A stretch of 63,919 nucleotides of DNA, the filler included, from Octopus bimaculoides (taxonomy: Eukaryota): assembly GCF_001194135.2 (NCBI RefSeq). It is 5 parts of 4 records of this genome, joined end to end, with 100 filler letters (N's around TTAATTAATTAA, not from the genome) between each part and the next. Parts side by side here need not be neighbours in the genome. Positions count along the whole stretch, not along the records: positions 31,598 to 59,559 come from NC_068983.1; 4 more parts are not named here. One strand, given 5' to 3'. Shown here piece after piece: positions 38,251-49,862 of the stretch. Under the pieces are notes generated by a model, which saw nothing but the letters and a program-made list of their open reading frames with translations, ran no database searches and had not been told where the DNA came from. The position numbers and the translations under genes are program-made. The number at the start of each line of letters is the position of its first letter. Position 1 is the stretch's first letter.

Positions 38251-38853
38251 TTGCTAGTCTTGAACCCTGCAACGGACCAGTGTCCCGTTCAGGGAGAATG
38301 TTGTGATCTCGTTCGCTTGTACGCCATGTAAACCGGGTAAGTGATCTTATGAGTCCAAAGGGTCGAGAGAAATAGAACATGAATGGAAACATAGTTATAT
38401 GTGTGTGTGCATATTATGGGTGCATGTAAAAACCAAGTGACTTCGTTAGGTCGAATGATATAAAATTACGATGTGTTTCATAACCGACTGGGCTGTTGGA
38501 ACAACTCCGAAGATTTACTTTACATTGCAATTCGTATATCTAGAACATGTGATCTATTTCAAGCTGCAACTTCGAAGCGAATTGAACTTAATAATTTCAG
38601 TTGTAACATCCTTTAATCATTATTCATAGAAAAGAAAACGGAGCCACCGAGATTACTTGTTACAGATGCAACACTAAACCAGTTAACATGGATACCTTGT
38701 TGGAACACCAAATACTGAGTTATTAGCCTCGAGAGATCTTCTCATACAGGCATTTGGCACATGAAAACACGCAGATAGATCATAGCAGACTACATTCGTC
38801 TGCTACAATCTATGTGTGTGTACCAAACGCCAACATGAGAGGATCTCCCGAGG

Positions 38854-39227
38854 CTGTTGTTGGCACTCCGTCGCTTACGACGTCAAGGGTTCCAGTTGAT
38901 TCGATCAACGGAACAGCCTGCTCGTGAAATTAACGTGCAAGTGGCTGAGCACTCCACAGACACGTGTACCCTTAACGTAGTTCTCGGGGATATTCAGCGT
39001 GACACAGTGTGACAAGGCTGACCCTTTGAATTACTGGCACAACAGAATCAGGAAGTAAGAGTGAGAGAAAGTTGTGGTGAAAGAGTACAGCAGGGTTCGC
39101 CACCATCCCCTGCCGGAGCCTCGTGGAGCTTTAGGTGTTTTCGCTCAATAAACACTCACAACGCCCGGTCTCGGAATCGAAACCGCGATCCGCTGCCCTA
39201 ACCACTGGGCCATTGCGCCTCCACTGC
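38854..39227 (-). mobile_element. SINE family A, full length
   Basis: Reverse complement of 37029-37411; 9-bp TSD CTCCCGAGG at 38845-38853 and 39228-39236. Confidence 0.92.
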
Positions 39228-39540
39228 CTCCCGAGGTTAACGACGCAGTATTCGAGTATTCGGTGTTCTAGCAAGACATCCATGTTACGTTGAAAATGAT
39301 GATCACCTTTTGGCAATGATACTGCTTCCGTCGTTAATAGTTAATAACTAAGCCAATTAATTTTTCTTAATACTCTCCCCTTTAGAAGGACGATAGACTG
39401 TTTTTGTAAGTACAGTGAAGCTACCACTGTATTTCTAAAATGTTCATGAGTGAGTGATGAAAACTGAATAAAACTGTATTTGGGTCTGATATTGTTACCT
39501 TATTGTATATTGTTAGCCTGTAAGAAAATTAGTTTAGTTT

Positions 39541-39890
39541 AGGCGTGGCTGTGTAGTAAAACGTTTGCTTCTCAGCCACATGGTTCTTGGTTCAGTCCCA
39601 TTAAGTGGCAGCTTTGGCAAGTGTCTTCTACTATAACCTCGGGCCTATCAAAGTCCTGTGAGTGAATTTGATTGAAGGAAACTGAAACAAGCCCATCGAA
39701 TAGATATGTGTGTGTGTGTGTGTGTGTGTCTGTGTGTGTGCGTGATTGTGCCTGTGTTCAACTCCCAACCACACCACCACTTGACAACCAGTGTTGACGT
39801 GTTGACATTCCCGTAACTGAAGTTAATCCGTTGAACGAATTTTCTCAAGGTGGTGCCCTGACATGGCTGTCATCTCAAGTAAAAGATAAA
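39541..39890 (+). mobile_element. SINE family C, diverged full length
   Basis: GGCGTGGCTGTGTAGTAA head, central (TG)n, CAAGGTGGTGCCCTGACATGGC tail. Confidence 0.75.
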
Positions 39891-39931
39891 GATATATCCA
39901 GTAATGAATGATCTTACAAATTGTTGGTAAA

Positions 39932-40190
39932 CGCAGGCATGGCTGAGTGGTTAAAATGGTCGTTCTGTAGTGATGAGGTTTCGGGTTCGATTTCACTGCG
40001 AACCATCTTGGGCAAGAGTCTTTGCCAAAGCCATAGTCTCCAGTCAACTCAAGCCTTGTGAGTCCACTTGATTAAACGGAAACTGCGTGGAAACTTCTCG
40101 GACGAGTTTTACCTGTAATTCGAACATCTAATCTTGTCACATAATGGGTCAGGCTGATTCAGCTTTGGAGTTTCTTTAAGGATGCGTGTG
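39932..40190 (+). mobile_element. Chimeric SINE: family C-like head with family A-like tail
   Basis: GCAGGCATGGCTGAGTGGTTAA..GCCTTGTGAG..GGAAACTG, then ACCTGTAATTCGAA..CTTGTCACA..GCTGA. Confidence 0.5.
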
Positions 40191-41135
40191 CCTTTATGCG
40201 TTAATTTAACGATCAAATGTTCAGTTGATTGAACAATTGAACGCTCATCGTCGAAACTGATAGGAAATTCATCAATATATATTGGATAGTGCAAGTTTGA
40301 TTTTGAAGTAAGTGGGACAGTGTCTACGAAAAGAAGATTCGTCTTCCTTCTTGTTACAGTCACATGTTTAGAATGTTTGCATATAACCATCTGATCGCTC
40401 AACACGGCACTTTGGGCAAGTGTTTTTTACGATGGTCTTGGTTTACCCCAAATTTAAATGGAAATAGGTTGACGATGATTATAGGAAGCTAGTCCAGTGG
40501 ATTCTACATATTTTTGTGTGGTAGAGTAACAGACTAAATCCATTGTCCATTAACACATGGCCCACATGGCCAATCCATATGGCACTTATATTCCTTTAGC
40601 AGATAAAAGTCTATCGCAAGCACTCTAACCATCTCCCTTTCTTCAACTAGTCTTGGAGATCCTAAAGAACGGATCATAGGTACTGCGCTTCCTCCTGTGA
40701 CTAAGCAATAAAACAAATATCTTTTATAAAATAGTGCAGTCTTTTAACCACTTCTCTGGTTATACACTATAAACTACGCACCCATTTCTATTTTGACCTC
40801 ACCTAGATTATCTATGTAGGTGAGACTATACAAGTGTAACTTATTGCGTCTTACTGAATCATGGAAATAGAGAACAAGCTTTTGGCACGGCTCTCCGTGA
40901 ATCTCACTCATTTTTCTTCCTCAGCGCTCACTATCAATAAAAGTTTCATTTAACATTGAATCCTTTTGAACACTAATACATATTTCATATTCACGGCGTT
41001 ATATTCAAACAACACTGTTAAATTGCTACCTCATATTTATAAAGCAACGATTTGACATTAATCAATAGGGTGACTTTATGGTATTCTTTCGTCCTGGCTC
41101 TTTACGCTCTATGTGTATTTGTGTGTGTGTATCTA

Positions 41136-41240
<105 letters not shown>

Positions 41241-41563
41241 NNNNNNNNNNNNNNNNNNNNNNNNNNNNNNNNNNNNNNNNNNNNNNNNNNNNNNNNNNNN
41301 NNNNNNNNNNNNNNNNNNNNNNNNNNNNNNNNNNNNNNNNNNNNNNNNNNNNNNNNNNNNNNNNNNNNNNNNNNNNNNNNNNNNNNNNNNNNNNNNNNNN
41401 NNNNNNNNNNNNNNNNNNNNNNNNNNNNNNNNNNNNNNNNNNNNNNNNNNNNNNNNNNNNNNNNNNNNNNNNNNNNNNNNNNNNNNNNNNNNNNNNNNNN
41501 NNNNNNNNNNNNNNNNNNNNNNNNNNNNNNNNNNNNNNNNNNNNNNNNNNNNNNNNNNNNNNN

Positions 41564-42030
41564 TATACATGCACATATGGGTACAGGACGTCACAAAACG
41601 TAAGCAACATGAAATACGAAATATGAAAACGTGAAATACAAAGGCAAACTTTTGTGTGTGAATAACGAAAGAAACAAATGGAAAACAAGACAAGTAACAT
41701 AAGGAAAGACCCTTCATCAGTTGTCGGCTGTTTATGTACTCCCCATTTTGAGCAATTCTTGAGAAAACAGTTGTTCCCGCGAACCAAAATAAAATTTGGG
41801 ATTTGCGGAGGGTCAAATTTGGTAACAAAAACAGGATAGTGAAAACAAACAGTGAGGGCCGCTAGGCCATGCGAGGTAAGGTTGCAAAAGCTGGAGGAAC
41901 ATTCTTTGACAGGAGAGTAGACAGACAGGAATGCGTCTGGTCTGTGCGACAGACCGAAGGAAAAAGTGTTCACGTGAGGAAAAGAAAGATGACCGATGGT
42001 CACGTGTAAGCAACGAGAGAGTAAAGGAGG
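41564..42030. repeat. Unclassified interspersed repeat, copy 1 (TGCACATATGGGTACAGGACGTCAC family)
   Basis: First ~300 bp collinear with 42164-42461; related fragment at 62875-62910. Confidence 0.7.
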
Positions 42031-42113
42031 AAGAAGAAGAGAGAAGGACAGATAGAAAATGGTGAAGGGGAGAAGAAAGAATTAGAGAAAGGAAGAGAGA
42101 GAAAACGAAAGCG

Positions 42114-42153
<40 letters not shown>

Positions 42154-42163
42154 NNNNNNNNNN

Positions 42164-42461
42164 TGCACATATGGGTACAGGACGTCACAAAACGTAAACA
42201 ACATGAAATACGAAATACATAAAACGTGAAATACGATGACAAACTTTTGTGTGCGAACAACGAAAGAAACAAATGGAAAACAAGGCAATTAACATAACGA
42301 ACGACCCTTCATCAGTTGTCGGCTGTTTATCTACTCCACATTTCGAGCAATCCACGACAACATGTGCCTTCCAGAAAACAGTTGCCCCCGCGACGCAAAA
42401 TAGAATTTAGGATTTGCGGAGGGTCAAAGTTCTTAACAAAATCAGGTTAGTGAAAAGAAAC
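42164..42461. repeat. Unclassified interspersed repeat, copy 2
   Basis: Direct-repeat match to 41570-41868. Confidence 0.7.
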
Positions 42462-42720
42462 ATAATGGTATTTATATAAGCTCAAAGCTTATGGCGATCA
42501 CCGTGCAATGACTAAGGAAAATAGTCTAATAAAGGGGCATATAAGCACACGACAAAAAATGGAAGGCTTTCCTGGCAGAAAAAAGAAGGCTTTCCTATCC
42601 GCATGGATAGGAAAGCCTTCTTTTTTCTGTCGTGGGCTTATATGCCCCTTTATTAGACTATTTTCCTTAGTCATTGCGCGATGGTGACCATAAGCTTTAA
42701 GCTTATATAAATACCATTAT
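42462..42720. mobile_element. Fold-back (palindromic) MITE-like element
   Basis: ~115-bp arms around a 4-nt loop (42601-42604); the innermost 25 bp are perfectly paired. Confidence 0.75.
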
Positions 42721-43551
42721 TATTTACAGGATTGTATTACACGGCACCGTATATTAAAACCATTCGCACCGATATATATATATATATATATATANNNNNN
42801 NNNNNNNNNNNNNNNNNNNNNNNNNNNNNNNNNNNNNNNNNNNNNNNNNNNNNNNNNNNNNNNNNNNNNNNNNNNNNNNNNNNNNNNNNNNNNNNNNNNN
42901 NNNNNNNNNNNNNNNNNNNNNNNNNNNNNNNNNNNNNNNNNNNNNNNNNNNNNNNNNNNNNNNNNNNNNNNNNNNNNNNNNNNNNNNTATATATATATAT
43001 ATGAATGTGTATGTATATATGCGTGCGTATATGTATGTATGTATGTAGCTATGTATGTATGCATATGTACTGGAACGGTTTCAGCTACACATCGCATGAT
43101 CTGCTGCTCCAGTGACCAAATAGGAAGTTGACTGGTGTATTAATACTATTTCAGGTAACGGTCAGGTTAAAGGTTATATAATTCTCCGTCCGTACTACCT
43201 CCTCTATTAATTGGCCGACTGGCAGAAAGAAAGGTGAAGTCAGAGTGGAGGTTTCGGTAGGTAGACAACCGTAAATGAAAGGGAGAAAAAGGTAAAGTAA
43301 GAAAAAAAGAAACAGAAAACAAAAGAAAGATGGAAGACAAGAAGGGAAACAAAGATTAATAAAAAGAAAATAAGTGGGGGAGAGAAAGTATAGGCGGTAC
43401 TGGACAGCAGTAGAATCGGTGGCACACAATAGTCTCACTGGTTGACCACAAGCGAAGATCATTGCTTATGCGGTGTAAATTATTGTGATTAAATGTTTCG
43501 GTGAAAAAGCCGTTTAAAAGAGACATCCTCTACTACCAACACCTAACCACC

Positions 43552-43626
<75 letters not shown>

Positions 43627-43860
43627 GGCGCCTTGTTCGTCATCGTTGTCACAACAGCGACAGGAAGTGAGAAAAAAAAACTTTCAAAATGGCCACAATC
43701 GTAAATAACCCAATTTCCTATTGATTTGCTAAGTTCGGAACGGAATAAGAAAGGGAAAAAAATCTACTGGAATTATGTTTCCTTCCCTTGATCGTTGTGC
43801 ATACATAATGCATACATACATACATACATACATACATACATAAATACATACATACATACA

Positions 43861-45254
43861 TCTTGATAAGATCCAAGCCATTGATGTGAACACCCGAAAA
43901 ATACTAACAGGTACATAATTTCCACATAAACATGACGTAGACCGCTTCTACCTGAAACTTAAACAAGGCGGCAGAGGCTTAACATCTATCCAAAATGCCT
44001 TTTGATCTCGCATCATATACATTCGGCAACATCTTTTAACCACCAAGTGTCGAAGTGCATTCCTTGACCAAGTTTGCATACATGAGGCTGATAACATCAT
44101 AAGACTTGGAGGGCAGCTCCTTGAGCCACATTCTTTGTCTGATAACCTAGAATACATGGCCAAAGAAGTCGCACGACTCTACCGCAACATATCATCCGAT
44201 GAAAGGATGAGCCTATATGAGCAGAATACTATGCATGGATATGTTAGTAGAAAGCTCTGAGATGATAGTAACATCGATCATCAAAGCAGTTTATCATGGA
44301 CGAAAAGCCGGATTACTACCTCCCACTTCGAAGGGTATGTGTTTGCAATCCAGGAACAGGAGATATCAGCCAAGTACCTGATGCACAAAAGGCATAGAGA
44401 TGCAGGAAAAGCCGTAAAATATGACAACCGGTGCAGACTTTGTGGAGTTCACATTGAAGATATCACCCACATCATAAGCAGTTGTCCGAAAGTGTCATCA
44501 CGGTATTATCTACCGATGAGACACGACCTTGTTGCTGGGACACTCTATAATGAAATCTGTCGGAAGGATAATCCCGTGGACAAAGAAATAAAAACCCATA
44601 ATATGGTAGAAGCCACAGCCACTCATAATAAAAAGGAATACTGGTGGACTGTACTAGTGAAAACCTCAATAAAATGTAAGCACAACAGACCTGATATAAT
44701 GATTTGGGATAGAGAAGAGAAACTGTGCACAGTTGTGGAAATTAACTGCCCAGCGGATGTTAATATAAAGCTGAAGATCAGTGAAAAAGAGAACACCTAT
44801 ACTGAACTATTGAAAAATCTAGTTATCCTATCCAGATTGCAAGTTCAGGTTTATACCTGTAATTATTGGGGCCCTGAGATATGTAACACACTGCCTAAAT
44901 ACCAATCCTGAGAAATTAAGCTTCTCAAAACCAGAAAGGAGGAAGCTAAATCGAAGACTACAGATCCAATCCATCACTGGAACTGTAAAAATCTGTAAAA
45001 CTTTCCAGAAGTTTATCATTTAAATATATATATGAGCATGTCTTGATATGTAACTATATGCATGAGAATGCATACATAAAACATACAAATCTGCACATAC
45101 ATACATACACACATACATACATACATACATACATACATACATACAAATATACTCTGTTGTTGATGTTAAAATACCAATGAAGGAACCTTGGATCTAGGTT
45201 AGAAACCGGTTCTTTCTCTATTGGCATGAAATCTTGAAATAAACTGAATAATGA
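43861..45254 (+). pseudogene. 5'-truncated R4/Dong-like RLE non-LTR retrotransposon embedded in (CATA)n
   Basis: DVDRFYLK..GGRGL thumb region. ORF 44339-44911 has CRLCGVHIEDITHIISSC, MRHD, NRPDIMIWD, EINCPAD. (CATA)n at both junctions. Confidence 0.85.
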
Positions 45255-45916
45255 CATACATACATACATACATACATACATGTATGTATGTATGCATGTA
45301 TGTATGCATGTATGTATGCAAATAGATGGATAGATAGATACGTACATATGTACACATGTACCTACGTACTTACATATGGATATACGTACGTACATGCATA
45401 CATACAAACATACATACATACATACATACATATAAATATATCTATGTGTGTGTGTGTATAATAACCATATACGCATACATATATACATGTATGTATGTAT
45501 GTATGTATGTATGTATGTATGTATGTATGTACAGGTGTCTGTGTGTCACTGTGGCGTAGTGCTTTGTACTCTGGAACACAGGACTATTTATGATTAGAGA
45601 AGATAAAGAGAACAGATCTGGACGGAAAGAAAGAGTCTCACCTATCTGCAATAATTTGTCAACAATTCAACCGCGGATTTCATGCCGAAATAGGCTCAAT
45701 AAGCCAACCTAAAACCCACAGAGTGTAAAGCCGATAATATGGAGATATAACGGACGAATGTACTGTACATATGTATGGGTGTAAATATGTGTATGTGCGT
45801 GCGCACGTGTGTGTATGAGTGAGTATGTATGTGTAAAGTGATCAGAAACGCGCATATGTGTAAAGTGATCAGAAACGCGCTCGCACGCGCTCGCACACAC
45901 AGACACACGCACACAC

Positions 45917-45989
<73 letters not shown>

Positions 45990-46003
45990 CGTACATACAT
46001 ACA

Positions 46004-46039
<36 letters not shown>

Positions 46040-46334
46040 GTATTCCGTTATAAGAATTCATTTATCGAGGCACACCAACATGTAAAACGCCAGAAATTAG
46101 GTAGGTATAATCACATAGAACTCACAGCAACCATTTTAATTATGCATGGAAATGGTGTAATTGCATGATATGGTGTAGTCTTTTACGACTGCATTGACTA
46201 AAGTTCTATAGAAACAATTGTTGCAAATTTAAACACCGTTCGTCTGTTAACATTTCTCTCTCTCTCCCTGTCTGTGTAAGTGTGTTCTTAAATAAGCATA
46301 TTGCTTTGAAATCAAACCAAATATTGATTTTGAA

Positions 46335-46520
46335 TTTTGGCACAAGGCCAATAATTTCGGGGGAAGGGGACATCGAACCCAGTGCTCAGCTGGTATTTGT
46401 TTTATCAATCCCAGCAAGGATGAAAGACAAAGTCGACTCCGGAGGAATTTGAACTTAGAATGTGCAGACGGTTGAAGTGCCCTTGAGCAATTTGTCCGGT
46501 GTGTTCTGCCAGCTCGTTAC
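46335..46520 (-). mobile_element. SINE family B
   Basis: TTTTGGCACAAGGCC tail..AAAGTCGACTCCGGAGGAATTTGAAC..CTGCCAGCTCG. Confidence 0.78.
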
Positions 46521-48049
46521 CTTAAAAAAAGTCAGACCAAATTCATTTTGAACGCATTTAGTAAGAGCATTTCAGCCATTTTGCAAGAGAGACATTGAAT
46601 TCATTTCTTACAAATCTTCTTCAATTAAGACATTTCAACTGAAGAAGATATTCTGAAAGACATGAATACCTTTTCACTCTCTTCCAAAATGGTCTGAAAC
46701 GCGTGTGTTAAATGGATTTTAAGTGATTTGTTCTACTGGACACCAGTCGAAAAATTCGGGCAAAGTGCAACGCTTCTAAGCACAGCACGAAATAGTGTGT
46801 GTATGTGTGTGTGTGTGTGTGTGTGCGCGCGCGCGCCATCGTGCGTGTAGTATAATGCTAGTTATTTAGTTAGCAGCAAGTAAGCTAAGGAATGTAAAAT
46901 TCAACCTACTTCTGATAATTTCTGAATATTAAACACATATATGAGACTTTTGTGCATACGTGTAACTGGCAACTTATGTTAAGTTCAAATCCAAACATAG
47001 CATAAGTATACGTATGTGCCTCTGCCAAGTCTCCCAAGATTATCAAGTTTCAGGCCAAAATTAAACCCAGAAGACTGAAATGAACAAACCACACCTGGCA
47101 TAACTTATGTATTTTCTTTCGACCATTCCCCAATTACCATTTTGCTCTGTCAACTACCAGTGAAAAGTTCGCTAGTGAAATATTTCATATGATGACTAAA
47201 TGGAGATTGAGTACCTCAGGACGCTAATTCCAGCCGAAATGAAGGGAAAATTGTGTCCCGAGAGGTAGTGACACAATTTTTTATTGAAATCATTTCTGAC
47301 CATTTCTGGTGAGGAGGGGGGGGGGGAGAAAGAAAGAATGGTAGGAAAGAATGGTAGGAAAGAAGGAAGGAAGGAAGGGAAGGAGAACGGGGTAAGGAAG
47401 GGGGAAAGAAAGAAAGAAAGAAACTGAAATTAAAAAATTCCATTGAGAAAACAAACCCTAGCAGAATAAATTATTTTTCTAATTAAAGTATAATTTTTAA
47501 AAAATACTGCTGTTTTCACAAATAATAATAATAAAGTAATAATATCAATTTAGCAATATATTCAATAAGTTCTTTGGTTGTATAAGATATTGTTATTGAT
47601 ATCCCATTTCTGATAACTTTCAACTTCAGTCTCATAAAACTTTGCTCGTGTCTCTGAACAATTTAGGTCTAGTCTTAAAAGGTGTAGCAGTATCATTTAG
47701 AAGTTCACTTTGTAAGCAAATGATTCCGATCCCGATCCCACTGCACAACAACTTGGTCAATTCTTTCTACTGTGGTCCCTGATTGACAAATATATAGTAG
47801 GTCGAATTTGCTTGTCGGAAACATTACAATCGCCCATCATATATGCTCACAACATCTGATGTTTCGCGATTTCATAATAAGCCTGTTATATATACCATCA
47901 AGGCGATCTTGCAGTTCCTTCTTTATACTCCTGGTTTTGATTCCATAGAGAAAATTGCTTCCTGGATAAGGCCTGAAAAAGGCAAGGCTTACTGATTTCG
48001 AAGTACTTGACTGCTAGATGCTTTGAAGCTTGTTACATTCTAAGTTAAT

Positions 48050-48815
48050 CCCCTACCTGTAAGAAATTCTTATTAGCAGCAGCATAGACCCAAAGATACT
48101 TAAAGTCTCTGATGTGCCATCGTGGAACAAATTGACAAGTGGCTTTCATCTTCATTGATGGCCATGTATACAGTCGTCTTTGCATTGAGAAACAGACCAA
48201 CTTTCGCTGCAGGTTTCCCAAGATACGTTAACAAGTCTTGCGCATTGCACAGTTACTAAGTGTTGAGGGCTAGATCATCAATACAGTCATAGTTAGAAGA
48301 ATGTAGGAACTGGTGAGGTCTTGATCAATTCTGCTTGATGAGGGGTTCGTTATCTTGAATAGAGTCAAAACTTTGCTTAAGAATGTAGTTCACTACAATC
48401 ACAAAGAAAGGGTAACCCTGAAAGATTCCTGTTGTTGGAATTTATCTAGGTGGACTGTTAGTACTTTGTACAATGTTTGATGAATTTTCGTCCATGATGG
48501 TGATAGCTTTAGCAATCTCGATTAGAATACCATAGTTCAACAGGATATGTAACATGACTTGCTGTTGACACTATCAAATGGCTTGGAGAAATCCTCACAT
48601 ATGTTTGATGCCTTTTGCTTGGAGATTCTAAGCACTGTAGCCTTTTCGAAGTCTTCAGTTATTTCATTTCCAAACAAAAGTAACCTTACTTGCTTCAGAA
48701 CTACAATGGAATTACTCTCTCACCTCTGGCCTCTAAAATATACAACTCGATGTTCCTTAATAAACCTTGGTCCCATCCAAAGACAAAACCAAAATGGCAG
48801 AATCACTTACCGGTT
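48050..48815. pseudogene. RTE-clade RT fragment with internal inversion
   Basis: Minus 48050-48630: EDFSKPFDSV, TTGIFQG..FVIVVNYIL, CIDDLAL. Plus 48631-48815: FSKSSVISFPNKSNL, NYNGITLSPLASKIYN, NQNG. Confidence 0.75.
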
Positions 48816-48944
48816 GTAAGAATTCAATATATTGATAATGCGCAATATCCATTACCTCCGATGATGATGTAGTACAAATTCTTAGACGTTTTTTTCTCTG
48901 GATTCCTATATAAACCAAACGATAATTAAATAATATTCTTTTCT

Positions 48945-49098
48945 ACTCTAGGCACAAGGCCCGAAATTTTTGGGGAGGAAGCCAATCAATTAGATCGACC
49001 CCAGTACGCAACTGGTACTTAATTTATCGACCCCGAAAAGATGAAAGGCGAAATAGACCTCGGTGGAATTTGAACTCAGAAGGTAAAGACAGACGAGA
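48945..49098 (-). mobile_element. SINE family B, 5'-truncated
   Basis: TACTCTAGGCACAAGGCCCGAAATT..CGCAACTGGTACTTAATTTATCGACCCCGAAA. Confidence 0.82.
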
Positions 49099-49862
49099 TA
49101 ATTAAATAATATTAATCAATAAATGACTACAAATAGGAATAACATAATCAACAAGCAAATATGGTTGCATAATTCCTGTTCTTTTGTAATTAATATGCTT
49201 TGGAAATGTATGTGTGTATATGTATGAGTAACGTTTGCAAATATGAGAATCTGTCTATGTATGCAGATATAAAGCAGCGCGCCAGGTTGCTTCCTTTACC
49301 ATATAATATAACTAAGTCATTCGATAAATAAAGGTCAATAAAACAGTGCCACCTAGAAGTAAAACGAAGATATTATTGACAAACCTTTAAAAGTAGGACC
49401 CCACCATGGCCACTATCCAATGACTCAAAGAAGTTAAAGAACAAAAAATTAAAGATTAAAAAGCAGCCAATATAAAGGATGCAGCAGGTGGAATAATAGC
49501 AAAACAAATATTTATGAAATTTTTGATGTTCGGGATAATTTTGATGGTGTTTGACAGAAAATTTATTTTACTCATGAAAAACCCCTATTAGGTTTCCTTG
49601 AACATTGCTATGTACGACTTAAAACAGGGGTGTCAAACTGAGTTGACTTTAAGAGCCAGATTGAAATATAAGCAAGATCCCACGGACCTGATAGATAAAA
49701 TTATATCTAAAGACCCTATTTACAGTGTAGACCAAAGTAAATAGACGAAGAGTTTGATATACATTATAAAAACTTTATTAAATATAAAGAAAGAGAATAA
49801 TACGAAGTGTTAGTAAAGTTTGTGAGCAGAGTTGTTTGTGAGCAGAGTTGTTTGTGAGGGGA

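Noticed and set aside
41700-41730. CTGATGAAGGG on the minus strand (also ~42300-42320) as a hammerhead core
   Set aside because: No correctly placed GAAA or consistent helices in either copy.
45829-45880. Short tandem duplications (also 16432-16470, 47335-47360, 49818-49858) as CRISPR-like arrays
   Set aside because: Only 2-3 adjacent copies with no spacers or cas genes; these are ordinary slippage duplications.
46636-46675. CTGAAGA-AGA-TAT-TCT-GAAA motif (and a weaker one at 61205-61240)
   Set aside because: Helices I and III do not pair, and such matches are expected by chance in AT-rich DNA.
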